NCBI RefSeq assembly: GCF_943371255.1
Contig: NZ_CALRUC010000002.1
Coordinates: forward strand, 27,086-91,085
Direction: 5' to 3'
DNA: 64,000 nucleotides
Source: Ferrovibrio terrae
GTDB lineage: Bacteria > Pseudomonadota > Alphaproteobacteria > Ferrovibrionales > Ferrovibrionaceae
The position numbers were made by a program, and so were the translations under genes. Every line of letters begins with the position of its first letter. Position 1 is the stretch's first letter. Below, one piece after another: positions 16,083 through 25,126 of the stretch. The notes under the pieces were generated by a model. The model had not been told where the DNA came from and ran no database searches. It worked only from the letters and a program-made list of their open reading frames with translations.

Positions 16083-16158
16083 AAATGTCTCGGAAATGGG
16101 CGATAAATGGAGTCCGAAATCAAATGTCGCGGAATCCGAAATTTTGCGGCGCGCTACA
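16083..16158. repeat. Mu-like right end with repeated transposase-binding-like sites
   Basis: AAATGTC(T/G)CGGAA at 16083 and 16122; TCCGAAAT at 16113 and 16135 (22-bp spacing); terminal CA at 16157-16158. Confidence 0.7.
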
Positions 16159-17044
16159 TTCAGCCCCTCAACCGCAGCCCGGCCATGATTGGGAAGCGCG
16201 TCTGCCCGCGCCCGACCTGCTGCGCCAGGCCTATGCGCGGGATGGCTATGCGATCATCCGTGGACTGTTTTCCCCGGCCGAGGTGGCCGCCATGGCCGGG
16301 GCCTTCGACCGCCTGCAGGCCTCCGGCCTGGCGCTCGGTCGCAGTTTCCGCCATGGCAATCTGCTGTTCCGGCTGGGCGACGACCCGCATCTGGGCCGCA
16401 TCCTGCGCATGGTGCAGTGGCCGTCCTGGCGCGATGCCCTGCTGGACCGCGTGCGGCTCGATCCCCGTTTCGTGGCCGTGCTGAAACCCCTGATCGGCGA
16501 CAACCTCAAGCAGATCATCAACCAGATGCACTGGAAGCCGCCGGGCGCGGCGAAAGTGGAATTCGCCTATCACCAGGACAGCCGTTTCCGCCGGCCGGCC
16601 GAGGCCTTCCGCGATCTGGCCGGCTCTTATGTGCAGACCGGCATCGCCATCGACGCGCATACAAGGGCCAGCGGCGCCATGAAGGTGATCCCGGGCAGCC
16701 ATCTGCTCGGCAACCTCGATCTCGGCGGCGACGGTCCGATCCTGCAGCAGACGATGCAGGATGCGGCCCTGCAGGCGGTCGGCCTCGATCCGGCCGCGGC
16801 AGTCGATCTCGAACTGGCGCCCGGCGATCTGGCGCTGTGGTCGCCCTTCCTGGTGCATGGTTCGGGGATCAACAGCACGGCTGCCGACCGCCGGCTCTAT
16901 ATCAACGGTTATGTCACAGCTGAAAACTGTGATCGCGGCGAATGGGCTTTTCGCGCCGGCCAGCCGCAACGGCTCGGTGTCGAACCCGTTCTGGTGCATT
17001 ACGAAGCCCTGCACGAAAAGCCCGAGCCGCATTTCGTTGAGTGA
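16124..17044 (+). CDS. Phytanoyl-CoA dioxygenase (PhyH) family Fe/2OG enzyme; 5' end apparently interrupted by prophage
   Basis: AYARDGY, HWKPPG...YHQD, G.MKVIPGSH, PGD...W...LVHGS...R motifs; the only nearby in-frame ATG (16124) lies inside the phage end. Confidence 0.75.
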   Translation: MSRNPKFCGALHSAPQPQPGHDWEARLPAPDLLRQAYARDGYAIIRGLFSPAEVAAMAGAFDRLQASGLALGRSFRHGNLLFRLGDDPHLGRILRMVQWPSWRDALLDRVRLDPRFVAVLKPLIGDNLKQIINQMHWKPPGAAKVEFAYHQDSRFRRPAEAFRDLAGSYVQTGIAIDAHTRASGAMKVIPGSHLLGNLDLGGDGPILQQTMQDAALQAVGLDPAAAVDLELAPGDLALWSPFLVHGSGINSTAADRRLYINGYVTAENCDRGEWAFRAGQPQRLGVEPVLVHYEALHEKPEPHFVE

Positions 17045-17095
17045 TGCCGGCCATCAGTGGTTGATCGCCCGCGCCGAGTTTGTCACGCTCACCCC

Positions 17096-18571
17096 ATGAC
17101 ACATCCCAGCGGCAGCTTTTCCTTCGATCTCGTCATTTTCGGCGCCACTGGCGACCTGTCGCTGCGCAAGCTGGTGCCGGCGCTGTATCACCGCGATGTC
17201 GCCGGCCAGCTCAATGACGATGTCCGGCTGTTTGCCGTCGCCCGCGGCGAAATGCCGGACGAAGAATTCCGCAGCCTCGCACGCGGCGCGCTGGATCGTC
17301 ATCTCGATGCCAAGGATTTCAGCGAGGCCGCCGTCGAGCGTTTCGTGTCCCGTTTCCGCTATCTCAGCCTCGATGCGGAAACCCCTGCCGACTATGCCGC
17401 GCTGGCAAAAGCTCTAAATGGCGGCACGGAGCGCGTGCTGGTGTTCTATCTCGCCATGGCGCCGCGCTTCTTCGGCCCGATCTGTACCCAGCTGGCGGCA
17501 GCCGGCCTGAACCGGCCGCAGGCCCGCGTCGTGCTGGAAAAGCCGATCGGCCATGATCTGGCCTCGGCGCGCGCGGTCAACGGCGCGGTGGCGGCGGCCT
17601 TCTCCGAGGACCGCGTCTTCCGCATCGATCACTATCTGGGCAAGGAAACCGTGCAGAACCTGATGGCGCTGCGCTTTGCCAATGCGCTGTTCGAGCCGGT
17701 CTGGCATCGCGGCGTGATCGACCATGTGCAGGTGACGGTGGCCGAGAAGATCGGCGTCGAGGGCCGCGCCGGCTATTACGACCATGCCGGCGCGCTGCGC
17801 GACATGGTGCAGAATCATCTGCTGCAGTTGCTCTGCCTGGTGGCGATGGAGCCGCCGAATGCCTTTGCCGCCGATGCGGTGCGTGATGAAAAACTGAAGG
17901 TGCTGGAAGCGCTGCGCCCGCTCACCGATGGCACCATCGGTGAAAAGACCGTGCGCGGCCAGTATGCGGCCGGTGCTGTCGATGGCGGCGCCGTGCCCGG
18001 CTATGGCGAGGAAATCGGGCGCGACGACAGCACCACGGAAACCTTTGTCGTGGTCAAGGCCGAGGTCGAGACCTGGCGCTGGGCCGGCGTGCCATTCTAT
18101 CTGCGCACCGGCAAGCGGCTGCCGGTGCGGCGCTCGGAGATCGTCGTGCAGTTCCGCCCGGTGCCGCATCTGATCTTCCCTGCGGCGGCGCGCGACGTGG
18201 TACCCAATCGTCTCGTCATCCGCCTGCAGCCCGACGAGGGCATCTCGCTGCATATGATGAGCAAGGTGCCGGGGCCGGGCGGCATGCGGCTGCGCACCGC
18301 GCCGCTCAATCTCAGCTTCGCCGAAACCTTCCAGGGCCGGCAGCCCGATGCCTATGAACGCCTGTTGATGGATGTGGTGCGCGGCAACCCGATGCTGTTC
18401 ATGCGCAGCGACGAGGTCGATGCGGCCTGGCGCTGGATCGAACCGATCCTGGCCGGCTGGCAGTCGCAAAGCGATCGGCCCAAGCCCTATACGGCCGGCA
18501 GCTGGGGGCCATCGGCGGCGATTGGCCTGATCGAACGCGACGGCCGCACCTGGCACGAAGACATGCGCTGA
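17096..18571 (+). CDS. zwf: Glucose-6-phosphate 1-dehydrogenase
   Basis: FGATGDL, EKP.G.DL.SA, RIDHYLGKETVQN, WAGVPFYLRTGKRL. Confidence 0.97.
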   Translation: MTHPSGSFSFDLVIFGATGDLSLRKLVPALYHRDVAGQLNDDVRLFAVARGEMPDEEFRSLARGALDRHLDAKDFSEAAVERFVSRFRYLSLDAETPADYAALAKALNGGTERVLVFYLAMAPRFFGPICTQLAAAGLNRPQARVVLEKPIGHDLASARAVNGAVAAAFSEDRVFRIDHYLGKETVQNLMALRFANALFEPVWHRGVIDHVQVTVAEKIGVEGRAGYYDHAGALRDMVQNHLLQLLCLVAMEPPNAFAADAVRDEKLKVLEALRPLTDGTIGEKTVRGQYAAGAVDGGAVPGYGEEIGRDDSTTETFVVVKAEVETWRWAGVPFYLRTGKRLPVRRSEIVVQFRPVPHLIFPAAARDVVPNRLVIRLQPDEGISLHMMSKVPGPGGMRLRTAPLNLSFAETFQGRQPDAYERLLMDVVRGNPMLFMRSDEVDAAWRWIEPILAGWQSQSDRPKPYTAGSWGPSAAIGLIERDGRTWHEDMR

Positions 18572-19881
18572 TGGCCGCTCTGCTGGACCGCCTGCGCGAC
18601 CGCCTCGGCCCGCATCTGAGCGCGGCCGATGATCCGGCCGGCCGCGTGCGCCTGCAGACCCTGGTGCTGTTGCGCTGGATCGCCATCATCGGCCAGCTGC
18701 TGGCCATCCTGTTTGTGCATTTCGGGCTGAACTTCAAACTGCCGCTGCTGCCGGCGCTGGCGGTGGTCGGCATTTCCGCACTGCTCAACATCGTCCTCTT
18801 CATCATCTACCCGACCGCCAAGCGACTGAGCGAGAAGGGGGCAGCGGGTTATCTTGCCTTCGACCAGATCCAGCTCTGCATCCTGCTGTTCCTCACCGGC
18901 GGCATCGACAATCCCTTCACCGTGCTGATCCTGGTGCCGGTCACGGTCTCGGCCACCATTCTCACCCTGCGTTCCACGGTGGTGCTGGGGCTGCTGGCCT
19001 TCGTGCTCACCACGCTGATGACGATCTACCACCTGCCGCTGCCCTGGGGCGACCATGCCGAAGTGCTGCAGCCGCCGCTGCTGCAATGGGGCAATCTCAT
19101 CGCCCTGGTGCTGGGCACGCTGTTCATCGCCGCTTATGCCTGGCAGGTGGCGGAGGAAGCCCGGCGCATGTCGGATGCGCTGGCAGCCACGCAGATGGCA
19201 CTGGCGCGCGAGCAGCAGGTCTCGGCGCTGGGCGGTCTGGCCGCCGCGGCGGCCCATGAACTGGGTTCGCCGCTGGGCACCATTGCCGTTGTGGTGAAGG
19301 AAATCGGACGTGAACTGGCGGCTGACAATCCGCTGGCGGAAGATATCGCGCTGCTGCAGAGCCAGGTCGAACGCTGCCGCGACATTCTGGCGCGTCTGTC
19401 GCGCCGTCCCTCGGCCACCTCCGACCCGGAAGCCTTCTCTGATCTCGGTATTGCCAACATGATGGAGGTGGTGGCAATGCCCTGGCGCCGCGAGGGCATT
19501 GCCTTTGCCGTGCAGCTGATCGGCACTGGCACGCCGCCGGTTTTGCCGCGCCGGCCCGAAATCCTGCATGGACTGGGCAACCTGCTGCAAAACGCCATGG
19601 AGTTCGCCCGCGCCAGTGTCGATATCGAGGTGGACTGGGACGACAAAACCATCCGTCTGCGTATTCTTGACGATGGCCCCGGCCTGAACGTGGATATCCT
19701 CTCGGCCTTGGGCGAGCCCTATGTGACCAGCCGGCCTGACAGCGGCGGCATGGGCCTGGGCGTCTTCATCGCCATGAACCTGCTGCGCCGCAGCGGAGCA
19801 TCGGTCGCCTTTGCCAACCGGCCGGGTGGCAGCGGCACCCAGGTGGCGGTCAGCTGGCCACGCGACCTGACGGCAAAATAG
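18571..19881 (+). CDS. regB: RegB/PrrB/ActS redox sensor histidine kinase
   Basis: RLQTLVLLRW.AI.GQ, GGIDNPF quinone-binding motif, AAAAHELGSPL H-box, GMGLG. Confidence 0.92.
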   Translation: MAALLDRLRDRLGPHLSAADDPAGRVRLQTLVLLRWIAIIGQLLAILFVHFGLNFKLPLLPALAVVGISALLNIVLFIIYPTAKRLSEKGAAGYLAFDQIQLCILLFLTGGIDNPFTVLILVPVTVSATILTLRSTVVLGLLAFVLTTLMTIYHLPLPWGDHAEVLQPPLLQWGNLIALVLGTLFIAAYAWQVAEEARRMSDALAATQMALAREQQVSALGGLAAAAAHELGSPLGTIAVVVKEIGRELAADNPLAEDIALLQSQVERCRDILARLSRRPSATSDPEAFSDLGIANMMEVVAMPWRREGIAFAVQLIGTGTPPVLPRRPEILHGLGNLLQNAMEFARASVDIEVDWDDKTIRLRILDDGPGLNVDILSALGEPYVTSRPDSGGMGLGVFIAMNLLRRSGASVAFANRPGGSGTQVAVSWPRDLTAK

Positions 19882-19936
19882 ACCGGAAACCGTGCGGGGG
19901 TTGCGCAGTGCCCCCGCTGCGGTACATTCTGCCGCC

Positions 19937-20464
19937 ATGACCGATATGTCCCTGCTGATCGTCGATGACGATGAACCGCTGCGCATGCGTCTGGCGCGTG
20001 CGATGGAAAAGCGTGGTTATGTGGTGCAGACCGCTGAGTCTGTCGCAATTGGCATCCAGATGGCGCGGGCCAAGCCACCGGCCTATGCGGTCGTCGACCT
20101 CAAATTGGGCGATGGCAATGGCCTGGATGTTGTCACCGCGATCCGCCAGGTGCGCCAGGATGCGCGCGTGGTGATGCTCACCGGCTATGGCAATATCGCC
20201 ACCGCGGTTGCTGCCGTGAAGGCGGGGGCGGCCGACTATCTGCCCAAACCGGCCGATGCCGATGATGTCGATCGCGCGCTGCGCGTCGGCAATGCGGCAC
20301 ATCCGGCACCGCCGGACGAGCCGATGTCGGCCGAGCGCGTGCGCTGGGAACATATCCAGCGCGTCTTCGAACTTTGCGACCGCAATGTGTCGGAGACGGC
20401 GCGCCGGCTGAAGATGCATCGCCGCACTCTGCAGCGCATCCTCGCCAAGCGTTCGCCGCAGTAG
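19937..20464 (+). CDS. regA: RegA/PrrA/ActR response regulator
   Basis: LTGYGNIATAV.AVK.GA.DYL.KPADADD; RWEHIQRVFELCDRNVSETARRLKMHRRTLQRILAKRSP. Confidence 0.95.
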   Translation: MTDMSLLIVDDDEPLRMRLARAMEKRGYVVQTAESVAIGIQMARAKPPAYAVVDLKLGDGNGLDVVTAIRQVRQDARVVMLTGYGNIATAVAAVKAGAADYLPKPADADDVDRALRVGNAAHPAPPDEPMSAERVRWEHIQRVFELCDRNVSETARRLKMHRRTLQRILAKRSPQ

Positions 20465-20483
20465 GCGTCATGCTGATCGGGCC

Positions 20484-21215
20484 ATGCTGATCGAAGAGGC
20501 GAGGCTGCCGCCGGGGCTCCGCGTTTACGCCATTGGCGATATTCATGGCCGGGTCGACCTGCTCGACCAGCTGCATGCCAAGATCGAAACCGATCTCGCG
20601 CCTTCTTCGGAATATGGCGCCCCTGAAAAAACCGTCATTGTCTATCTGGGCGACTATATCGACCGCGGGCCGGATTCCCATGCGGTGATCGAGCGACTGA
20701 CCCGCCCGCGCTTTCCCGGCGTCGAGATCGTCACGCTGCTCGGCAATCATGAAGCGATGCTGCTGGAATTCCTTGAGGCGCCCTATGGTGCCGCGCTGTG
20801 GCTGGCCAATGGCGGCGATGCCACCTTGCGCAGCTACAAGGTCAAGATTCCCGGCTCCTTCGATGAATTTCTGCTGACCCAGCGCGCCCTGCTGGGCGTG
20901 CTGCCGCGCCACCACAAGCAGTTCCTGCTCGGTCTGCCGGTCCAGGTGCAGTATGGCGACTATCTGTTCGTACATGCCGGCATCAAGCCGGGCCTGCCGC
21001 TGGATCGCCAGAGTCGCGAAAATATGATCTGGATTCGCGGTGTCTTCCTCGATTCGGAAATCGACCACGGCATGATCGTGGTGCATGGCCATACCATCGT
21101 TCATGAGGTGGAGTGGCGACCCAATCGCATCGGTGTCGATACCGGGGCCTATACCACCGGCCGGCTGACCGCCCTGGTGCTGGACGGGGCCGGACGGCGC
21201 CTGCTGCACACCTGA
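20484..21215 (+). CDS. Ser/Thr phosphatase-like metallophosphoesterase
   Basis: GDIHG, GDYIDRG, GNHE, HAG, HGHT, DTG motifs. Confidence 0.9.
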   Translation: MLIEEARLPPGLRVYAIGDIHGRVDLLDQLHAKIETDLAPSSEYGAPEKTVIVYLGDYIDRGPDSHAVIERLTRPRFPGVEIVTLLGNHEAMLLEFLEAPYGAALWLANGGDATLRSYKVKIPGSFDEFLLTQRALLGVLPRHHKQFLLGLPVQVQYGDYLFVHAGIKPGLPLDRQSRENMIWIRGVFLDSEIDHGMIVVHGHTIVHEVEWRPNRIGVDTGAYTTGRLTALVLDGAGRRLLHT

Positions 21216-21276
21216 AACGCCGGGGGATAAACAGGGCGGGGCTGGCATTTGGGCCCTCGCCGGTGTATCGAAAGCC

Positions 21277-22731
21277 ATGTCCGATTTCGCCGCCGATCCT
21301 GCCGATTTCGCTGCTGCCCGCGTGCTGGTGGTGGGCGATGTGATGCTCGACCGCTTCGTCTATGGCGGCGTCGAGCGCATCTCGCCGGAAGCACCGATTC
21401 CGGTGATGCAGATCGAGCGCGAGATCGCCATGCCCGGCGGCGCCGGCAACGTGGCGCGCAACCTGGCGGCGCTGGGCGCCCGGGTCGCCCTGTTCGGCCT
21501 GGTCGGCGATGACGTGGCGGCCGACCAGCTGAACGAGGTGCTGGCGCTGGAGCCCGGCATCGAGGCGCAGCTGGTGGTCGACGAGACCTGGCACACCATC
21601 GAGAAGACCCGTTTCATCGGCAGCCGGCAGCAACTGCTGCGCGTCGATCGCGAAAGCCGCGGCAAGCCTTCCGACGATGCCGTCGATGCCCTGATCAAGG
21701 CTGCGCTTGAGGCGCTGGCCGACAATGCCGTTCTGGTGCTGTCGGATTACGCCAAGGGCGCCGTCAGCGACCGCGTGATCGCCAAGCTGATCAAGGCCGC
21801 CACCAAGGCCGGCAAGCCTGTGCTGGTGGACCCCAAGGGCAGCGATTATCGCCGCTATAAGGGCGCCACGCTGGTGACGCCCAATCGCGCCGAAGCCGCG
21901 TTGGCAACCGGAGAAAGCTGCGCCGATGATGCCAGCGCCGTTGCCGCCGCCCGCAAGCTGGTGACCGAGGCCGGCATCGCCAATGTGCTGGTCACGCGTG
22001 GCGCGGCCGGCATGACGCTGGTGCAGGGGCAGGAGCCGCCGCTGCATTTACAGGCCGAGGCGCGCGAAGTCTTTGATGTATCCGGCGCGGGCGATACCGT
22101 GGTGGCAACGATTGCCGCCGCCCTGGCCGTCGGCCGTTCGCTGCCGCAGGCGGCGCGGCTCGCCAATGCCGCCGCCGGCATTGTCGTCGCCAAGATCGGC
22201 ACCGCCGTGGTGCATCCCGCTGAGCTGCGCCTTGCCCTGCATATGCCTGATCCGCATGGCATCGAGATCAAGATCGCTGCGCCGCAGCAGGCAGTCGAAC
22301 GCGTGGCCCTGTGGCGCAGCCGCGGCGAACGCGTCGGTTTCACCAATGGCGTGTTCGACCTGCTGCATCCGGGCCATCTGGCGCTGCTGTCGGAAGTGCG
22401 CGCGCAATGCGACCGGCTGATCGTTGCGATCAATTCCGATGCCTCGGTGAAGAAACTGAAGGGTGACGCCCGTCCGGTGCAGGATGAACGCCATCGCGCC
22501 CAGGTTCTGGCGGCGCTGAGCCTGGTGGATATGGTAATCGTGTTTGCCGATGATACGCCGATCCCGCTGCTGGGCCTGCTGAAGCCCGACCTTCTGGTCA
22601 AGGGCGGCGACTATTCGGTGGATCAGGTGGTGGGTGCCGATGTGGTGCGTGCCTATGGCGGCGAGGTAAAGGTCTCACGCCATGTCGCCGGCCAGAGCAC
22701 CACGGCAACCATCAAGAAGCTGCAAAGCTGA
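21277..22731 (+). CDS. hldE: Bifunctional heptose-7-phosphate kinase / heptose-1-phosphate adenylyltransferase
   Basis: GDVMLD..V.G.V.RISPEAPIPV, PGGAGNVA, DVSGAGDTV, FTNGVFDLLHPGH, VKGGDY. Confidence 0.95.
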   Translation: MSDFAADPADFAAARVLVVGDVMLDRFVYGGVERISPEAPIPVMQIEREIAMPGGAGNVARNLAALGARVALFGLVGDDVAADQLNEVLALEPGIEAQLVVDETWHTIEKTRFIGSRQQLLRVDRESRGKPSDDAVDALIKAALEALADNAVLVLSDYAKGAVSDRVIAKLIKAATKAGKPVLVDPKGSDYRRYKGATLVTPNRAEAALATGESCADDASAVAAARKLVTEAGIANVLVTRGAAGMTLVQGQEPPLHLQAEAREVFDVSGAGDTVVATIAAALAVGRSLPQAARLANAAAGIVVAKIGTAVVHPAELRLALHMPDPHGIEIKIAAPQQAVERVALWRSRGERVGFTNGVFDLLHPGHLALLSEVRAQCDRLIVAINSDASVKKLKGDARPVQDERHRAQVLAALSLVDMVIVFADDTPIPLLGLLKPDLLVKGGDYSVDQVVGADVVRAYGGEVKVSRHVAGQSTTATIKKLQS

Positions 22732-22735
22732 AGCC

Positions 22736-23896
22736 ATGACCAGCCAGCCTGATGTCGACGTCGCGATCCTCGGCGGCGGCATTGCCGGCCTCTGGCTGCT
22801 GGCGCGTCTCAGGCGCGCCGGTTACAGCGCCCTGCTGCTGGAAAATCATGCACTCGGCGCCGGCCAGACGCTTGCCTCGCAGGGCATCATCCATGGCGGC
22901 CTGAAATACGCCATCGACCTCAAGCTGAATGCCGACAGTGCCGCACTGGCCGACATGCCGGCACGCTGGCGCGCCTGTCTGGATGGCAGTGGCGAGATCG
23001 ACCTGCGCGCGGCCAAACTGGCCGCCGAGCGGCATCTGTTCTGGGCGCGCCGCACGCTGACCAGCCGCATCGCCGGATTCTTCGGCAGCAAGCTGGTGCG
23101 TGGCCGGGTCGATGCGCTGGCGCAAAACCAGTGGCCAGCAGTGCTGCAGGATGCCGATCATGTCGGTGCAGTCTACGCGCTGGATGAATGCGTGCTCGAT
23201 GTGCCCGCGCTGCTGGCCGCGCTGGCGGCACTGGGCGAGGGCTGCATCAAGGCCGGGCAGGCAACGATTGCGCCGCAGGACAATCATGTGGCGCTGCAGG
23301 TCGCTGGCCGCCGCATCACCGCCGGCACACTGGTCTCCACCGCCGGCGCCGGCAACGAGGCGCTGCTGCCACAGCTCGGCCTGCCGCCGCAGTCGGCGCA
23401 GCGCCGGCCCCTGCAGATGCTGCTGGTCGATAACGCACCCGGTCTGCTCTGGGCCCATTGCTTCGACACCAGCGACAAGCCGCGCGTCACCATCACCACG
23501 CATAGGAAGAATGATGGCGCGCTGGTCTGGTATGTCGGCGGGCTGCTGGCGGAAAACGGCGTGGCCCAGAGCGAGGCAGACCTGATCGCCGCCGCCCGAC
23601 AGGAATTCGCCACCCTGCTGCCGAAGCTCGATTTTTCGCGCAGCCGCTTCGCAGGTTTCCGCGTCGATCGCGCCGAGGGCGCCACCGATGACGGCCGCAA
23701 GCCGGAAGGTCCGGTGCTCAAGCGCGTCGGCAACATCATGCTGTCCTGGCCGACCAAGCTGGCGCTGGCGCCGCAACTGGCCGATCTGGTGCTGGCCGCC
23801 TTGCCGCCGGCGTCGGGCCGGGTGCAGCCGGCCTTCGGTGACTGGGCCGCGCCGCAGATTGCGCCGGCGCCCTGGGAGGTTGCGACATGGAGATGA
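22736..23896 (+). CDS. FAD-dependent oxidoreductase (DAO-like)
   Basis: GGGIAGLW Rossmann motif; GQTLASQGIIHGGLKY; WPTKLALAP. Confidence 0.85.
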   Translation: MTSQPDVDVAILGGGIAGLWLLARLRRAGYSALLLENHALGAGQTLASQGIIHGGLKYAIDLKLNADSAALADMPARWRACLDGSGEIDLRAAKLAAERHLFWARRTLTSRIAGFFGSKLVRGRVDALAQNQWPAVLQDADHVGAVYALDECVLDVPALLAALAALGEGCIKAGQATIAPQDNHVALQVAGRRITAGTLVSTAGAGNEALLPQLGLPPQSAQRRPLQMLLVDNAPGLLWAHCFDTSDKPRVTITTHRKNDGALVWYVGGLLAENGVAQSEADLIAAARQEFATLLPKLDFSRSRFAGFRVDRAEGATDDGRKPEGPVLKRVGNIMLSWPTKLALAPQLADLVLAALPPASGRVQPAFGDWAAPQIAPAPWEVATWR

Positions 23897-24651
23897 GATC
23901 GCTTGGCGCGACCGGCATCCAGGTCAGCCTGCTCGGGCTTGGCACGGTGAAGCTCGGCCGCAATGAAGGCGTGAAATATCCGCAGGGCTTCGACCTGCCC
24001 GATGATGCGGCGGTGACGGCCCTGCTCGAAACCGCGCGCGAGCTTGGCATCAATCTGGTCGACACCGCGCCAGCCTATGGCCTGAGCGAACAGCGGCTCG
24101 GCCAGTTGCTGCCCGGCCCGCGCAGCGACTGGGTGATCGTCAGCAAGGCCGGCGAATATTTCGAACAGGGCGCCTCGCGGTTTGATTTCTCAGCCTCGGC
24201 CATCCGCGCTTCGGTGGAAAACAGCCTGCGGCTCCTGCGCACCGATTACCTCGATGCCGTGCTGCTGCATTCCGATGGCATCGACGAGGCCGGCGAGCGC
24301 TTCCTGCCGGCGGCCGAGATGCTGGCTGGGCTGAAGGCCAGGGGCCTGATCCGGGCTGGCGGCTTTTCCGGCAAGACCGTGGCCGGCGGCAACAGGATGC
24401 TGCCTCACATCGATATCCTGATGGCAACCTATAACCCGGGCTATACCGCCGAAGTGCCGCTGATCGCCGCCGCTGCCGGGCAGGGCAAAGGCGTGCTGGT
24501 GAAAAAGGCACTGGCCAGCGGCCATGCCGCCGACCCGGCCGCCGCGCTGAAGGCAGCCGCGACTTTGCCTGGTGTTTGCAGTATCGTGGTGGGCACGCTG
24601 TCGCCGGCGAATTTGCGCGCCAATGCTGCAGCCGTGGGGAGCCTAGCGTGA
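23887..24651 (+). CDS. Aldo/keto reductase
   Basis: LGLGTVKLGR, DTAPAYG.SE, SL..L.TDYLD..LLH; start 23887 or 23893. Confidence 0.9.
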   Translation: MEMRSLGATGIQVSLLGLGTVKLGRNEGVKYPQGFDLPDDAAVTALLETARELGINLVDTAPAYGLSEQRLGQLLPGPRSDWVIVSKAGEYFEQGASRFDFSASAIRASVENSLRLLRTDYLDAVLLHSDGIDEAGERFLPAAEMLAGLKARGLIRAGGFSGKTVAGGNRMLPHIDILMATYNPGYTAEVPLIAAAAGQGKGVLVKKALASGHAADPAAALKAAATLPGVCSIVVGTLSPANLRANAAAVGSLA

Positions 24652-25094
24652 GCGATACAGACCAGCCGTCACAGCAGGATATGGCCGCCGCCGCCGAAGG
24701 GGAGTTCCTGGCCTTTGGCTGGGAGGCCGCGCAGATCGAGTTGCCCGGTGCCGAACCCGGTGCGCCGCCGCGGGCGGGGTTCCGGCATGGCGATTTCGCC
24801 GCCATCGCCCTGCAGACCGGCTGGCTGGTGATCGCGCTGCCGGCCAGGCTTGTGCTCGGCACACTGCCATCAGCCTCGGCGGTGCGGCGTTTCGTGTCGA
24901 AATGCGTCAGCTTCCCGGCCCATCCCAATGGCGCTATCATCGGCGCCGCGCGTCAGGCCATGCTGCAGGCGGTGGAAGAGGAACTGAGCCTGGCACGCCA
25001 GGCGGCCGATCTGCTCGAAGCCAAGATCGAAGACCTGATGGGCAGCATCGACGATATCCGCGCCAAGTCGATCCTATTCGGCCGCGACGATTAA
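24648..25094 (+). CDS. Hypothetical protein (148 aa)
   Basis: GTG start overlapping AKR stop; host-like codon usage; C-terminal coiled coil. Confidence 0.55.
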   Translation: MSDTDQPSQQDMAAAAEGEFLAFGWEAAQIELPGAEPGAPPRAGFRHGDFAAIALQTGWLVIALPARLVLGTLPSASAVRRFVSKCVSFPAHPNGAIIGAARQAMLQAVEEELSLARQAADLLEAKIEDLMGSIDDIRAKSILFGRDD

Positions 25095-25126
25095 GATCGC
25101 GCCGCGCCTGCTCAGGAACGCCGTGC

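Larger units (their letters stand above)
1..16158 (+). mobile_element. Mu-like transposable prophage, right-hand part (left part lies upstream of the window)
   Basis: Mu-order late genes (sheath, tube, chaperone, TMP, DNA-circulation protein, gp44-gp48 baseplate, fibre, com); terminus ending in TACA with Mu R-end-like sequence at 16136-16158; host-type genes follow. Confidence 0.9.

Noticed and set aside
20469-20493. Direct repeat CATGCTGATCG twice before the phosphatase start
   Set aside because: Short, in GC-rich context; likely a small duplication without evident function
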